From Lama guanicoe (taxonomy: Eukaryota), in assembly GCA_013239625.1 (NCBI GenBank), contig MU055744.1, positions 526,355 through 590,354 on the forward strand: DNA of 64,000 bases, in the 5' to 3' direction. The position numbers were made by a program, and so were the translations under genes. The notes under the pieces are model-generated. The model saw nothing but the letters and a program-made list of their open reading frames with translations. It ran no database searches and was not told the origin of the DNA. Below are positions 48,561 through 60,480 of this stretch, one piece after another (position 1 is the stretch's first letter; the number at the start of each line of letters is the position of its first letter).

Positions 48561-49679
48561 TGTCAGAGGCTAGAACAGCAAAGAGGAACACAGGGGCCTC
48601 TTTTCCAGGCAGCCTGCGGTCCTCCCAGGAGCTCAGTGGCACAGAGGGGGTTGGGGGGGATGAAAAGAAGACCTGTTACCACAAACCCTCGAGTGCCACG
48701 GCATCGGAAATTCTCCCGACCACGAGCCAACGCCCGGAAAGCGTCAAACTACTCACAAAGGGCCAACAACGTGGAGCAGATCACTACTCTGCTGCTCTTA
48801 AATATGCATCAATAATGTGTACGTGCGCGTGCACGGACAGTCAATAGCAGACTGAATTTTTCGCGCTGTTTGTCTAGCGTAATTTGCAGTTGGGCTGTAT
48901 TTGATTGAATACCATCGTATTTTATGTACGAGTTACACAAGTAAATAGAAAAATCATTTATGGTCCAACTCCCCATGAAAAATTAACCCCAGGTCTGTCC
49001 GTGCGCACGCGCTGAAGCGAGGACGCGTGGCTGAGGAATGCGGGAGGGGAGGGGCGTCGTCCGAGGTGCCCAGCGAACTCCATCTCTCCGTTTTCACCAG
49101 TTGGAAGCTTCGGGAATTTTCCTCGAATGTGTGGATTCAAAACTAGAGTTGATGGTTTTTAATCAAATAAATCTGGCAGACGTTTCAAAGTAACAAGTTG
49201 CACAGCACACTGCTAGACGGCGAGCCTCTCGCGGGAAATCACTTCCTTAGTTCCAGCGTTGCCAGCGTTTGAGAGCAGATCGTCCGCGCTGATGGCCGGC
49301 CCGGCCCCAGGGGCTCCAGTTTCACACACGGGAGGGCTGCTCTGGTTTTCGTCTCTGGGAGGAGGGGGGGGTGCCTGCTTCCCTCTGAGCCTGGGCCAGA
49401 AGCACCCTCTGCCCCCTGGGCCGCCCAGCTCCCCCTACGCCTGGTGGTGAGCCCCAGACCCCGCCCCCCACCCATGCAGCGGAGCCTCTGCCGGGAGCCC
49501 CACGGGCCAGGCAGGGGTGAACACAGAGGGAATCAAGCTTGCCTTCTTTCCAGGAGCTTTGACAAGTCTGTGGACGTTGGGAAGGTGCCCCCACTGCCTC
49601 CTGCATCACTTCCTGAGCGCTCGCCCTGGGGAGGTTACCTCCGCACCGTGCTCCCCGCGCCCCCTGCCTCCTGACCCGG

Positions 49680-50098
49680 TAGGAGCAGCCTGTGGCTGCT
49701 GTAACAAACGACCACAAACCGGGTGACTTATAGCAACGGAAATGTATTCTCTCCCAGCCCTGGAGGCCAGAAGTCCCAGATCAAGGCGTTGCAGGGCTGC
49801 GCTGCCTCCAGAAGCTCTAGGGGAGGGCCTTCCTTGTCTGTCCCAGCTCCTGGGGGCCCCATGTAGCCTTGGCTTGTGGCTGCATCTCCCCAGCCTCTGC
49901 TCCACGTGTCTTTCCTCACTGCCTCTTACGAGGACACTCACCATTGGCTTTAGGGGCCACCTGGGTAATCCTGGAAGATTTCATCTTGGGACCCTTAACT
50001 TAGTTACATCTATAAATGCTTTCTCTCCCCCCGAACAGGTTTCACTCACAGGTCCCAGACGGACATACCTACTGGAGGGCACTGTCCAACCTGCTCCA
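49680..50098 (-). mobile_element. MaLR LTR (MLT1C-like), near full length
   Basis: GGCTGCTGTAACAAACGACCACAAACCGGGTGACTTA...GAAATGTATTCTCTCCCAGCCCTGGAGGCCAGAAGTCC...GGACACTCACCATTGGCTTTAGGGGCCACC...CCTTAACTTAGTTACATCT. Confidence 0.88.
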
Positions 50099-50774
50099 CC
50101 AGGAGTCCTCCTCCCGAGCACAGTGCCCACGCCTTGCTCCAGGCTCCAGGCTCTGCTGGGGTCTGTGCTTCCTTGGTTCTCAGGGCCTCATATGCTGTCC
50201 CTGGTGCCCTGCTGGACAGTCAGCCCCTTTCCCTCCCACGTCTTCTCCACACATGGGTCCTCCGGACGCCCCAGGGGCATCACTGAACTTCAGACAGATT
50301 CCCCTCTACCCCCTGGCTCGCTACCCGGCACTGTCTCCCCGCCTCTGTGCTTTGGGAGCGGCCACAGGATCGGACACTCGTGGTGGTGATGAGGTTTTCC
50401 TCGTAGGACCATACAGTTCTCCCAGTCAGACCCCCCTGACTTTATCTCTTCCCAGTAGCCTCTCCCCAGTTCACGCTCCGTGTCAGCATCTTTGTCCAGC
50501 ACGTTGACTTTGGAAGCCATGGTTAAAGGTGACAGAAGCACGGGAGGGAGAGCCTGGGTGCCGCTGGGTCACCACCCTGAGAAGCCTGCCTGCCAACAGC
50601 AAGCCGAGTTCTTAACGACACGGGAGTGGAGAATAAACCCATGGTGTCTGGGATGTCGCACTGTCACTAGCACCCTCATCGGGTCCCAAGCCAGCCACGA
50701 GCTCCTACTAGGAGTTGCTCAAGCTTCTGGGGTTGGGTGCAGAATGCCAGAGTTTTCACATGGGTAGTTTGGAC

Positions 50775-51293
50775 GGTTAACCTAAAACAGTAAAAAGCCA
50801 GTTATTTTACCAGCAAGGCGGGTTTATTCAGGACCCACAATTTGGGACATTCAGCCTGGGGCGAACTGCATGCAAATTTAGCAAAGCAGAGGACAGGAAA
50901 GCCTTCACGGAGGAAAAGGCGGAGCTGTGAGGGGCCGTTCCAAACAAAGGGGCCATTGGAGGAACCCGGGAGCTGGACATGCAGGGGCTTTTCACTGGCC
51001 GGGCCGTGCTGGTCTCTCATTGGCCAGGCTGTGCTGGTCTCTCATTGGCCAGGCTGTGCTGGTCCCTCATTGGCCGGGCTGTGCTGGCGTCTCATTGGCC
51101 GAGCTGTTGCTGGTCTCTCGTTGGCCGAGCTGTTGCCGGACAGGGAGAAAATCTTCCCTCCTGGTGCTGGGGAGTTAGTAACAAGTGTCTTCTCGCTGGG
51201 GATTTGAGGGTAGTCTCTGCTTGTGGGATATGGAGAGCTTCCTGTTCTTCCCTCCCATCTCCATTTTAGTGAGGGTTCCATTGATTATTCACA
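50775..51293 (-). mobile_element. ERV-type solo LTR (family not identified)
   Basis: Minus strand starts TGTGAATAATC, contains tandem CCAAT boxes, then AATAAA (50823-50828) about 50 nt before the end (TTTTAGGTTAAC). This is U3-R-U5 order over ~520 bp. Confidence 0.65.
50992..51136. repeat. 25-bp tandem repeat, ~5.8 copies, consensus TCATTGGCCRGGCTGTGCTGGTCTC
   Basis: Units start at 50992, 51017, 51042, 51067, 51092 (26 bp) and 51118 (partial); no spacers. Confidence 0.95.
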
Positions 51294-51521
51294 GATCATG
51301 CTTTTCCTTTCCTTTAAAAATTTGACAGTGATGAGAAACCATTGCAAATAACGCTAATAACGTGGAAGAAATATCCTTGCAAAAGTTTAGGGGAAGAGAC
51401 AGGTTATCAAGTTGTCCAGGCTTAACCACGTATAAAAGGGCTCTGTGAGGACCGGAGACCAGGCGGAGGGTAAACCGTGGCCCGGAGATTCCCCCGTCTC
51501 TCCTCTCTGCGTGCTGCTGCT

Positions 51522-51765
51522 TGGGTCAATTTCCTGTTGCTGCTACGGCAAATCCTCACAAACGCAGTGGCTCAAGCTGACAGCTTTATTCTCTCAGCAT
51601 CCGAGGTCGGTGTCCAAAGTCCCGGCGTCAGCAGGGCTGGTTCCTTCTGGAGGCTCCAGGGGAGGATCTGTTTCCTTTCTTTTTCCAGCTTTTACCATGG
51701 AAGGGGGAGCCCCACGTTCTGGGCCTTAGGACACAGCCATCTTTGGGGGCATTATTCAGCCCACC
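51522..51765 (-). mobile_element. MaLR LTR (MLT1D-like), internally deleted
   Basis: TTTCCTGTTGCTGCT...CAGTGGCTCAAG...TTTATTCTCTCAG...GCAGGGCTGGTTCCTTCTGGAGGCTCCAGGGGAGGATCTGTTTCC and ATCTTTGGGGGCATTATTCAGCCCACCA. Confidence 0.78.
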
Positions 51766-54700
51766 AGAGTATTTTCCAGTTTTCCCGTAAGGAATTCCTA
51801 TTATTGTATAATGAATGAGAAGAGTTAATGCACTCTGTACAGCAGATCAGCAGTGTTGGGTGTTTCATGTACAGTTAGACGCCCTTAGCGAGGTGTCTGA
51901 GGTCCTCCGTGACCCAGCTCCCTCTTCCACTTCATCTCCAAGGACTCTCGTCCTTCCCGTCTCTCCAGAGCCTTCCCTGCTTTGCTCTGCCCTCTGCCCT
52001 CCCCTGTCCTTGACCTAGAAAATGACCACAGACTCTGAGCCTCTGCAGACACCACCTCCTCTGGGAAGCCCTCCCAGTCTCTAACAGATAGAATTTCCCT
52101 CCCTCATCCTCACTTCACAGCTCCTCCCTCTGTGCACCTGGGTCTGGGGCTCCAGGACTCTCAGACACTGGCCCAGAGTAGCCCAGGCAGTGCAGAGCAT
52201 GGCCAGGCAAGCACCAGGGTCCAGGCAGACCCTGCCGGCTGGGGGGCTCACGCCTGTCTTAAGTGTGTGGTTCAGATTCACTGATGGCTGCAGCTGGGGT
52301 TCCGTCTCCTCCTCTTCCGTCCACAAGGACCTTGACAAGTAGCCCGTGACCACCCTGTTGCCAGGTCTCTGCCCGGCTTTTCTGGGTCACCTCCTTCCTG
52401 GAGCAGGCTCCTGGTTTTGTTCTCACCTCATCGCCTCTACGTGGTGGTGCCCAGGCCCCCGGCTTCTCCCTGCCTCTTCCCTCTCTGCCGTCTGGCCCCA
52501 GGTGGCTGCGTGCAGCCTCAAGCTTCTAGACGCCATCTGTAGGCCAGTGGCTCCATGTGGGTCTCTGATCCTGACCTGGCACGGAGCTCCGGCTCAGCTG
52601 TTCACCCGCCTCCCCAACGCGGCCCCTGGGCTCCCCAGTAGGCAGCTCAGTGCAGCACGCTGGCGCCCCGCTCCTGGCTTAACCCCTGCTGCTGTCCTCT
52701 GAGCCGTCCGCTTCGCACCGCCGGCCCCGCCTCGCCCCGCCGGAACCCCGAGTCACCTCTCCCCCCTCCGCCCATGTCACCGCGTCTCCCAGTCTGCCAG
52801 CCGGCCCCCGGGACACACCCTGCGTTTACCCTCCTCTCCCCGCCCCGCTGGCTCTCTCGCCTGCACGCCCAGGGCAGCTGTGCCCTCCTGCCCGGCCCCC
52901 AGCCCCACAGAAGCGCAGACGGAGCCGTGAAAGCCAGGCCCAGATCGGCCCTCGGCGCTGCCCACCCCGGCCCTGCCCGCACTCTTCCCGGACTGGTGCA
53001 GAGCCCCCCACTCCTGCTGCCTCTTCCGGGGGTCCCACCATCCAAAGTCGCCCCCACTCAGCTAGTCATTTTCACGTCCACCTGACAGATGGTCTCCTTG
53101 GTTCCTAACCCCCGGGAAGGCACCTCCTGTATCCGCTTCCTGACTTGTTTCTGTCTCCTTCTCCTCCCACCATTCCGGTCTGCCCACCCTCCCCTTCCAC
53201 CCGCAGCCCCCAGAGCAGCCCGTTCATTAGCCCAGGCGCTCTGCCTGCACTCAGCAGGGACCCAGTCAATACTCGGTACGCCGCGGGGTCAGTCAGGGAG
53301 GGACAAAACTGGAAGGCAAAGTGCTGACACGTCCCAGGACGAGGCTCCCCGGAGACCCCGAGGACCCAGGCCCGGGTGTGCTCGCAGACGGGCCCCAGCC
53401 CCGCAGGGAAGACACCAGGGCACGCTCACCTGCTCCCCCGAGCTGCGGAGGAAAGGGACCGGCGCTGAGTTGCTGAAAACTGATTGATTCGACTGAGTTC
53501 CTAGCAGCATGAGTCATTTTAATTAGCACTGTCTAACACAGTTTGAGATGAATCTTGCAAATGTCAGCAGCTCCATTTCTTCCTCTCCAAAGTCACTGCG
53601 GTGACGGTATGGAGGCCACTCAGCCAGAACCCCCGACTGACCCCTGGGAAAGCCAGGTCGGCTGCGTGCCCTCGGCGACTTTTACGGGCCCTGACTGCAC
53701 TAAGAGGAGGGAGGGGCCTTGCGGGAAGGGGTGGACCCCCTCCGACAGACAGCCAGCTTCTGGGGGTGTGGCTGGCACCACACTGACAGCAGCTCAGGAC
53801 ACCCGACCTGGCCACCCAGGTCCACTCCGCGTCTTCAGGTGCCTCCCAGGCCTGGTACCACTGCGGGTCCTCTGGGCGTGGGCCTCACGCAGAGCGCACA
53901 GCAGCGCCCCCTGACCTGTGGGCTGGGGAGGAGGGTGGGGGTCCCGTTCACACCGCCGGTGAGTGGCCAGGCCGGGTGCCCGCCTCCTCCGGGTGGCTGC
54001 CGGGACTAAGGGCACCCATCGTCCTTCATGAGGAGACAGGACCACGCTCCTTCTAAGCCGACGCAGGCTGGGACCGGGCCCGACGACTCAGCTCTCCAAG
54101 AGGCCATCAGGCAAAGCCTTCCTGGCCATCAGCGGCATGCTGGAAGCTCTCGCACATCGGTTCTCTCTTTGAAAATAAAAACCACTGTTTGTGGGCACCC
54201 GGTATGCATCCCACTGCGGAGCAGAGCCCGCAGGGAAAGCCATGCCTCTTCTAGCTGCGCCGTCGGCCTGGGAGGGAGGCCTCACCCCTGCGATTTTGCC
54301 CACGATGGAGGCTGAGGTCCAGAGAGGGCCCCGCTCTCGGAAGGCCTGGCAGACGCCCACGTTCAGAGCACAAAGCCCACCTGGGGAGACCCTGTAAAAG
54401 GGCTCCTTTCCAGCCTCCACCCACCCCCTCCCTGGCCTCCTTGGGGAAGGCCCTTCAGGAGGCCCGTGGTGGGGGGCAGCTCACGGCCACACGGGAGGGC
54501 CTCGCTTCCTGCCTCGGCAGCTGGGCCCTCCCAGTGCCCAGTGCCGGCCTGGAGGGAAGGACCAAGGAAATGGGGCCGCTCCTTCTCGGGGGCCTGAGAT
54601 CTCACCTGGGGATCAGCAGGCGACAGTTCAAGATGGTGTCCAAGGTGAGGCTGGGCCCCGAGAGCGACGCTCAGCCCCAGGCCGTGCGAGGTGGGTGACC

Positions 54701-57700
54701 AGAGCCTGGGCCGGCAGGTGCGCTGGGAAGCGGGGCTGGGCGTTGGGTGGGGGGAAGGGGCCCGTATGCGGCGCCTGGTCCAGTCAGGTGGTGGGTGCGG
54801 CGACCACCCCTTGTCCCTCTTCCCTGGCCCCAGGCTCTGCAGAGGGCGATTTGGAGCCAGGAGTGGGTGGGAAGGCGCCAAGGGCGTGGGCTTCCGCGTT
54901 CGTGTCCACATCCCCAGGGCCTGTGTCCTGCCACGCCGCAGAGGGTAAGTGCCCAGAAATGGGGGCACAGATGGAAAAACAAGCAGCGGGTGGGTCCTCA
55001 CGGCAGAGAACATTCTAGGCCCTTTGAGAGTCGTCTTGGGCAGTGGGAGGACCACACTCACTGGAGACCCCTTCAGATGTGCTCTGTATCCAGTGCAGAG
55101 GGACAAAGCGTTCACGTCACTGGGGGATAAAGTCTTGCCGAGGACGCCAGCATCCAGCCGCCCCCGCTGCCCACGGCCCGGCTGCGATGCCCTTCCTGGA
55201 GGTCCCAGGGCAGGGTCACCCGCCAAGGGTCCGTCAGGCCCAGCAGGTCTCTGTCCCCCAGGTGGCTACAGCTGCTGCGCGAAGCACAGCCCTCGGCTCC
55301 CATCCCAGCGGCAGGCGCGGGAGGAGAAGGCGCGGAGGGGAGAGCTCACCGGCCCGCCTGGGGCCCCGCCTGCCCGGAGCTCCCCCCGCAGGGCGGAGGC
55401 TGGCTCCGTCCTCTGTGCCGCGGCTTCTCCAGCTCCTGGCTCGCGGGGCCTTGGGTTTCTCCCAAGCACGCACGGGAAACCCCTTGAAACACTAGATCTT
55501 TTGTTTCCCACCCTCAGGCAGGTGTTTCAAACGTTAAGAGGTCTGGGCCCCTGTGTTAGGGAAAGGAGGGCCCCCGGGACCCGGGCCAGCGACGGGCTTG
55601 CTGCTCTGCGTGGTCTCTCGTCACCCGCTCGACGGGCGGGAATCCTCTGTGACATTCACGGCTGGTTCTAGGCTGAGTATAAAAGTGCACTGCAGGGCTT
55701 AGTAAGTCTATTTAATTAAGCATTAAGCCTTAAAATTAAATTACGACAAAATCCATAAACCCCTTTAGAACAAATGTGAGTGGGGACGGCAGCTGAGTCA
55801 GGTGGTTGGTGGGAGGCACCCCCGTCTCCTCCAGCTCCTCTCAGGGGTCGGCCTGGTACCGCCAGCTCCCGGCGCCACCCCTAGCTCGGAGCCACAGTCA
55901 GGGAAGCCCCCGTTTCTGCAGCGGAGGCGGAGAAGTGAGGGAATCGGTGAGAGGGACCCCCGGGCTCCGTCACGAGCTGCACACGACGTGGTGGGCAGGT
56001 CCTCTCAGCCCCTGAACACGTGAGAAAGCCGGGCTCGGGGCTGAGCCCAGACCCAGTCCGGGCCTGGCGACGCTCAGTCTGCCCCTGAAGCTGCGCTGAG
56101 ATGCCTGCACTGCGCTGACGTGCTCGGGAACGTCAAGGCTCTGGTCCCGGGGGCCGGGTCTGCTCTGCCAGATCAAAGCGCTACGGGAAGGGAGAGGGAG
56201 CGACTGTTTATCTCCCCCAGGTCTGCCAGGCGTCTAACCTCCCGCCTGGTTAGTTCTAAGAGCGCGGCCCTCCCGCCCAGCTCCCTGTCGCTGGTGGCTC
56301 GGTGGTGGGTGCTTGCAGGCTGGGGAGACGCCCGCAGAGCCTCTGTGAAGCTGGAACTCGGGATGGGAAAAGCGGAGGGTGCCGGGGCCCTGAGCCCGGG
56401 CCCCAGGCAAGCGGGCACCCACGCTCCAGGGGAAGGAGGCAGCCACACCGCTCCTGCTTCCTGGCGTGGATGGAAGAGGGCCTGCCTGGGTCCCAGGTGG
56501 TCTGCGGGGGGTCGGCCCAGCTCCCGGATGCTGGGGCCCTGGGGCTCTCGCCCCCCTGCTGGGGAGCAGGAGGCCAGCAGTCCCACCCCAGGGGGTCAGG
56601 GCTCAACCATCTCAGCCAGCTCGTGACTCCGTGGGGCTGAAACCAGATTGGGGCCAAATCACAGAAAACCCACGTTTCCGTGCTGAGACGCTGTGGCTTT
56701 ATTTCGTGTGCAGTTGGCCTGGACTCTGTGAGGCCGACAGGGAGCCTCACTGCCCATCCCCGTCGACTGTCAGTATTCCGGGCTTGGGCGGGGGCCGGGG
56801 GGTGGATGGTGGACAGAGCCCGAGGGTGGCACCCACAGCAGCTCACGGGCACTTGCAGGGAAGGGCAAGGTTCCTGCTGCCCAGGCCGCCCAGAGCTGCC
56901 CGGGCGGCGACGGAGGGAGAGACAGATGCGTGACAGCCTCCCTGCCCGCTGGCCCGCGTGCACCTCAACCCCTTCCCCGCCTCCCATCTCCGCTCGCCTG
57001 CGACTTCGCAGGTCAGGGGCTGACGCCTCTCCCCCAGCAGAGAAAGCTGGGACCCTCCAGAGACTCGCCTGCTCTAAGGCCTCTGCCTGAGGTCGTCTCG
57101 TTCTTTTCCTGGGAGCCTTACTCTGTCATTTCTTTCCTAACATTTTGCAATTGCTCTGCCAGCAAGGGCTGTTTTCACTGAAGCTCTCCCGGCATAATTT
57201 GATTAAGATGTTGAAACGCCATTGTGGAAGCAAAGTCCCAGAATAATTGGTATTGACAGCAGGAGGAATATGAGCCGGGGCCCCGCACGCCAAGGAAGCT
57301 AGAAGCAGAACACAAGGGACCGCCTGCTTCCCACGGCACGGTCCGATTCCTTCCACGCTGACCTCACGTGCAAAGGCCCTGTGGTGAGTGCAGGTCACCA
57401 CTGAGGATGGTGACCCCTGAATTCCTATAACAAAAGCTATGCAGCCCTTTCCCCTCGTGCCTGCGATCTCTGTGTCAGTCGGAAGGAAGACGAGTGAGAG
57501 CGAGCCGTTCCTGCCTGAGTTCCCGCTCGGCGTAAATCCCCAGCCCGAGATTACTCGCAGCCTGGTTGTTAGGAGGCAGAGGGGTGCAGAGAGAGGGGGA
57601 CGCGTGGGGGCCGTCTCAGGACCTCCTGGGAGAGGCGGCTTCCCGCCGGGCTTTGAATCAGCCCCGTTTAACTTGCTCGCGGCTCTGTGACTCCGCCGCC

Positions 57701-58889
57701 TGGCCTGGCCTCACCTGGGCGGCGCACGCAGCTCAGACATCTGGCAGTTGATGGTGCCGGATGTTTCCAGCCGGCCTCACCCATACGCCAGCCGGTTGGG
57801 ACGGGCCAGCCCCTGGACCTTCCTCCCCTCCGCGTCCAGGCTCCTTTATGTGGAAGAGTTGTGTTTCTCTGTGCAAGCAATTTAACACCCTTGGGAAAAC
57901 CTCAGTGTTACAAACTATTGGCATCAGATGGGACCTTCCTGAGACTCTGACCTCACCATGTGGTCGGGGAACTGAAGACGCTCGGCACCTGTGCTTTGGC
58001 GGGGTAAGCCACCGGCCAGCAGGGCTCAGAAAGGAAAATTCCTGGTCCCCACGTGGCAGTCCCAGGAGAGCACTTTGGCCCCAGATGGCGGCGGGAATCA
58101 CGTCCCACGTGGCAGTGGTTGGTGCCAAAGGGCACGAGCGATCCCCAGGGTTACCTTGAAGAGCAGAGCTGTCTAGGCTGTGACGCGGCGTGGAGGGGAC
58201 TTCACGCCTACCAGCGCCCAGCAGGACGTTTGCAGAGTAAATGAACGGAAGAGAGAAGTGAAGCGAGGTCTTGCTGGCGCTTACACAAGCGTCCACTGTG
58301 GTGGACACTTCATGCACACGGTCTCGCTGAACCATCACAACAGCCTGCAGTGCAGCGACCGTCTTCTTGTGGAATGTCCAGTTCGGGGCTCCTTTCCCAA
58401 CCTGTGACATCCCAGTGGGTAACCCGTCTTGCACACGCGCCCACTGAGCACACGGCCTTCAGGGGTCTAGGACCCGAGCAGATCTGGGTGGGCTCACGCT
58501 TCAAAACCCAGCACACCGAGAGCTGGAAGCAGGCGTCAGCACGCAGCAGGGAAGCCCAGCCTTCCTGCTCCCTCACCCCGTCTCGCCCTGGCTCAACCCC
58601 AGGACGAACGGCCAGAGGCCCTCTGTCCCCAGTCAAGGCGAATTCAAAGAACCCCGCGGCCCAGTGCTGGACCCGGAGGTGCGCCCCTCGGACGCCCTTC
58701 CGGACGGCCCGGCTGTCCAGCTTCGGGGGCCCGTCAGCACCCGGCCTCCAGCCACCTGCTCCCTCCAGCTCCACCAGCCTCCGCTTGTGTTTTGGAACCT
58801 TTGCCATCAGGGGCAGAATAACACTCCGCTCTGCATCAGCTCCATTGTTTCACGGAGGGCCTGGCACCCCCTCCGTCTTCTTGCGCGTA

Positions 58890-60200
58890 GCGTGCCCTTC
58901 TTGCGCTGACTGCCTGTAAGACGTTCTCTGGGTCACAGGCGTGAGGAACCGGGTCGCTTTCAGCCTCGGCGTCGTCGTGCTTGCGGTTTCCTGTGCTTGA
59001 AACCCACCGAGGGCCTTGGAGCTGTGGATTCGCGGTTTCTATCAAATTTAGAAAATGTTTGTTTTTATGTCTTCCCATATTTCTCCCTGAGCGTCCTCTC
59101 CCTCCGTTAGGGACTCCAGTTCCATGTTTGTCAGGGTGCTTGAAGCGGCCCCACCGTTCTCTCATGCCCTCACTTATTTTTCCGGCCTTTTTCCTTTTCT
59201 GTGGTTTATTTTGTGAAGTTTCTGTCTCTCTGTCTTAGGTTTCAGCAAACTTTTATTCTTCAGCGTCAGCCTTGCTGTCAGTTCTGTCCGTGTGTGTTTC
59301 GTCTCAGACGTCGTGGCTCCACGTCCGGAAGTTTGATTTGGCTCCTCCTGTATCCTCCGTGTCTCTACTTGCTGCGTTTATTCTTCCTGCAACATCTTGA
59401 ATCTACGGCGATCAATTAGCCTGCTCAGTCCTCATCCACCCACTCTGTCGTCTGTGCCATTTGTGGCTCGCTCTCAGTCGCTCGATCTCCCTCCTCAGCG
59501 CGGGCTGCACCTTCTCGCCCTCTGGGCGCCGGGGAGTTTGGTTAGAGGCGGGATGTCACGCGCTTTGCCTTGCTAACACTCGGGACTGTGGGTAACCCCG
59601 TCCGTACCCGCGAGCTTTCTCCGGGAACGCCTGTCCTCTTGGGTAGCTTCCTCGGGTGGGAGCTGAGCGGCGTCTGGGCTGCGGCTCCTGCTCGGCGCTC
59701 TTTCGAGGACGCCACTGGGCGCCGATGACGTGGGGCGGCGTACACTCTGGCTGTGGGAACAGGCGCCGTGAGTCCCCAGGACTGTTCCCTGGAACCCTTT
59801 TGGGCGGACCTGCCCCGGCCTCAGTGTGATGGTTGGCCGAAGACGTGTGGCCCCTCTGCTGACTTCTGGGCTCTCCGCAGCTCTCTCCGGCAAGCTCCGG
59901 CTGCCGCAGCCCCCCGAGCGCCAGCTCCACTTCCTCCACTCGGACATCCCTTTGCGTCGGGGCCTCCTGGGCTCCGTCCCGACTACAACCTGGCCGCTCT
60001 CCGGGGGCGCGCGCTGGAACAGCCCGGGCTCTCCTCCTTTGCCCCACGCCTTTCGGGGTGCGTTCTTATCTTGTCTGACGCCTGAACTCTTAGGAATCGT
60101 TGCTTGGTGTATTTTGTCCAATGTTCTCGTTTTTTGTTTTTCTTTCAGCTGTTTCAGGAGGGGGAGGGGTCTGGCCCGTTGCTCCGTCTGGGCTGGTCGC
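58890..60200 (-). mobile_element. Ancient L1 (L1M) 5' end/ORF1-region remnant
   Basis: TTTCTATCAAATTTAGAAAAT...GGGACTCCAGTTCCATGTTTGTCAG...GGAAGTTTGATTTGGCTC; the terminal segment (TATTTTGTCCAATGTTCT...GTTTCAGGAGGGGAGGG) resembles 25890-25950. Confidence 0.7.
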
Positions 60201-60234
60201 ATCGCTCCTGCCGAGAGGAGGTTGTGCTAGAGGC

Positions 60235-60480
60235 ACACACTCAGCGAGTGTTTATTCACTGAGAGTAAGTCTGCCAGGCGGTGGCCGGACAAGGAGGGCG
60301 GAGCAGTGACCGGACAGACAGGCGGCTGCCCTCGGGGCGAGACAGACATTACGTGAACCCCACCATCAGCTATTTGCTTTCAGTTGTGACCCCTAGGGTT
60401 ATAGGAGCTGACGGCGTCCAAGCAGACGTGATCGAGTCAACGGGATACTCATGACATGTGCGTTTTTAGAGCGTGAGTTA
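60235..60480 (-). mobile_element. L2 LINE 3' fragment
   Basis: ACACTCAGCGAGTGTTTATTCACTGAG...CTGCCAGGC...GGACAGACAGGCGGCTGCCCTCGGGG. Confidence 0.5.

Noticed and set aside
50992-51136. CRISPR-like appearance of the 25-bp repeats
   Set aside because: Head-to-tail units with no unique spacers, no cas genes, mammalian context.
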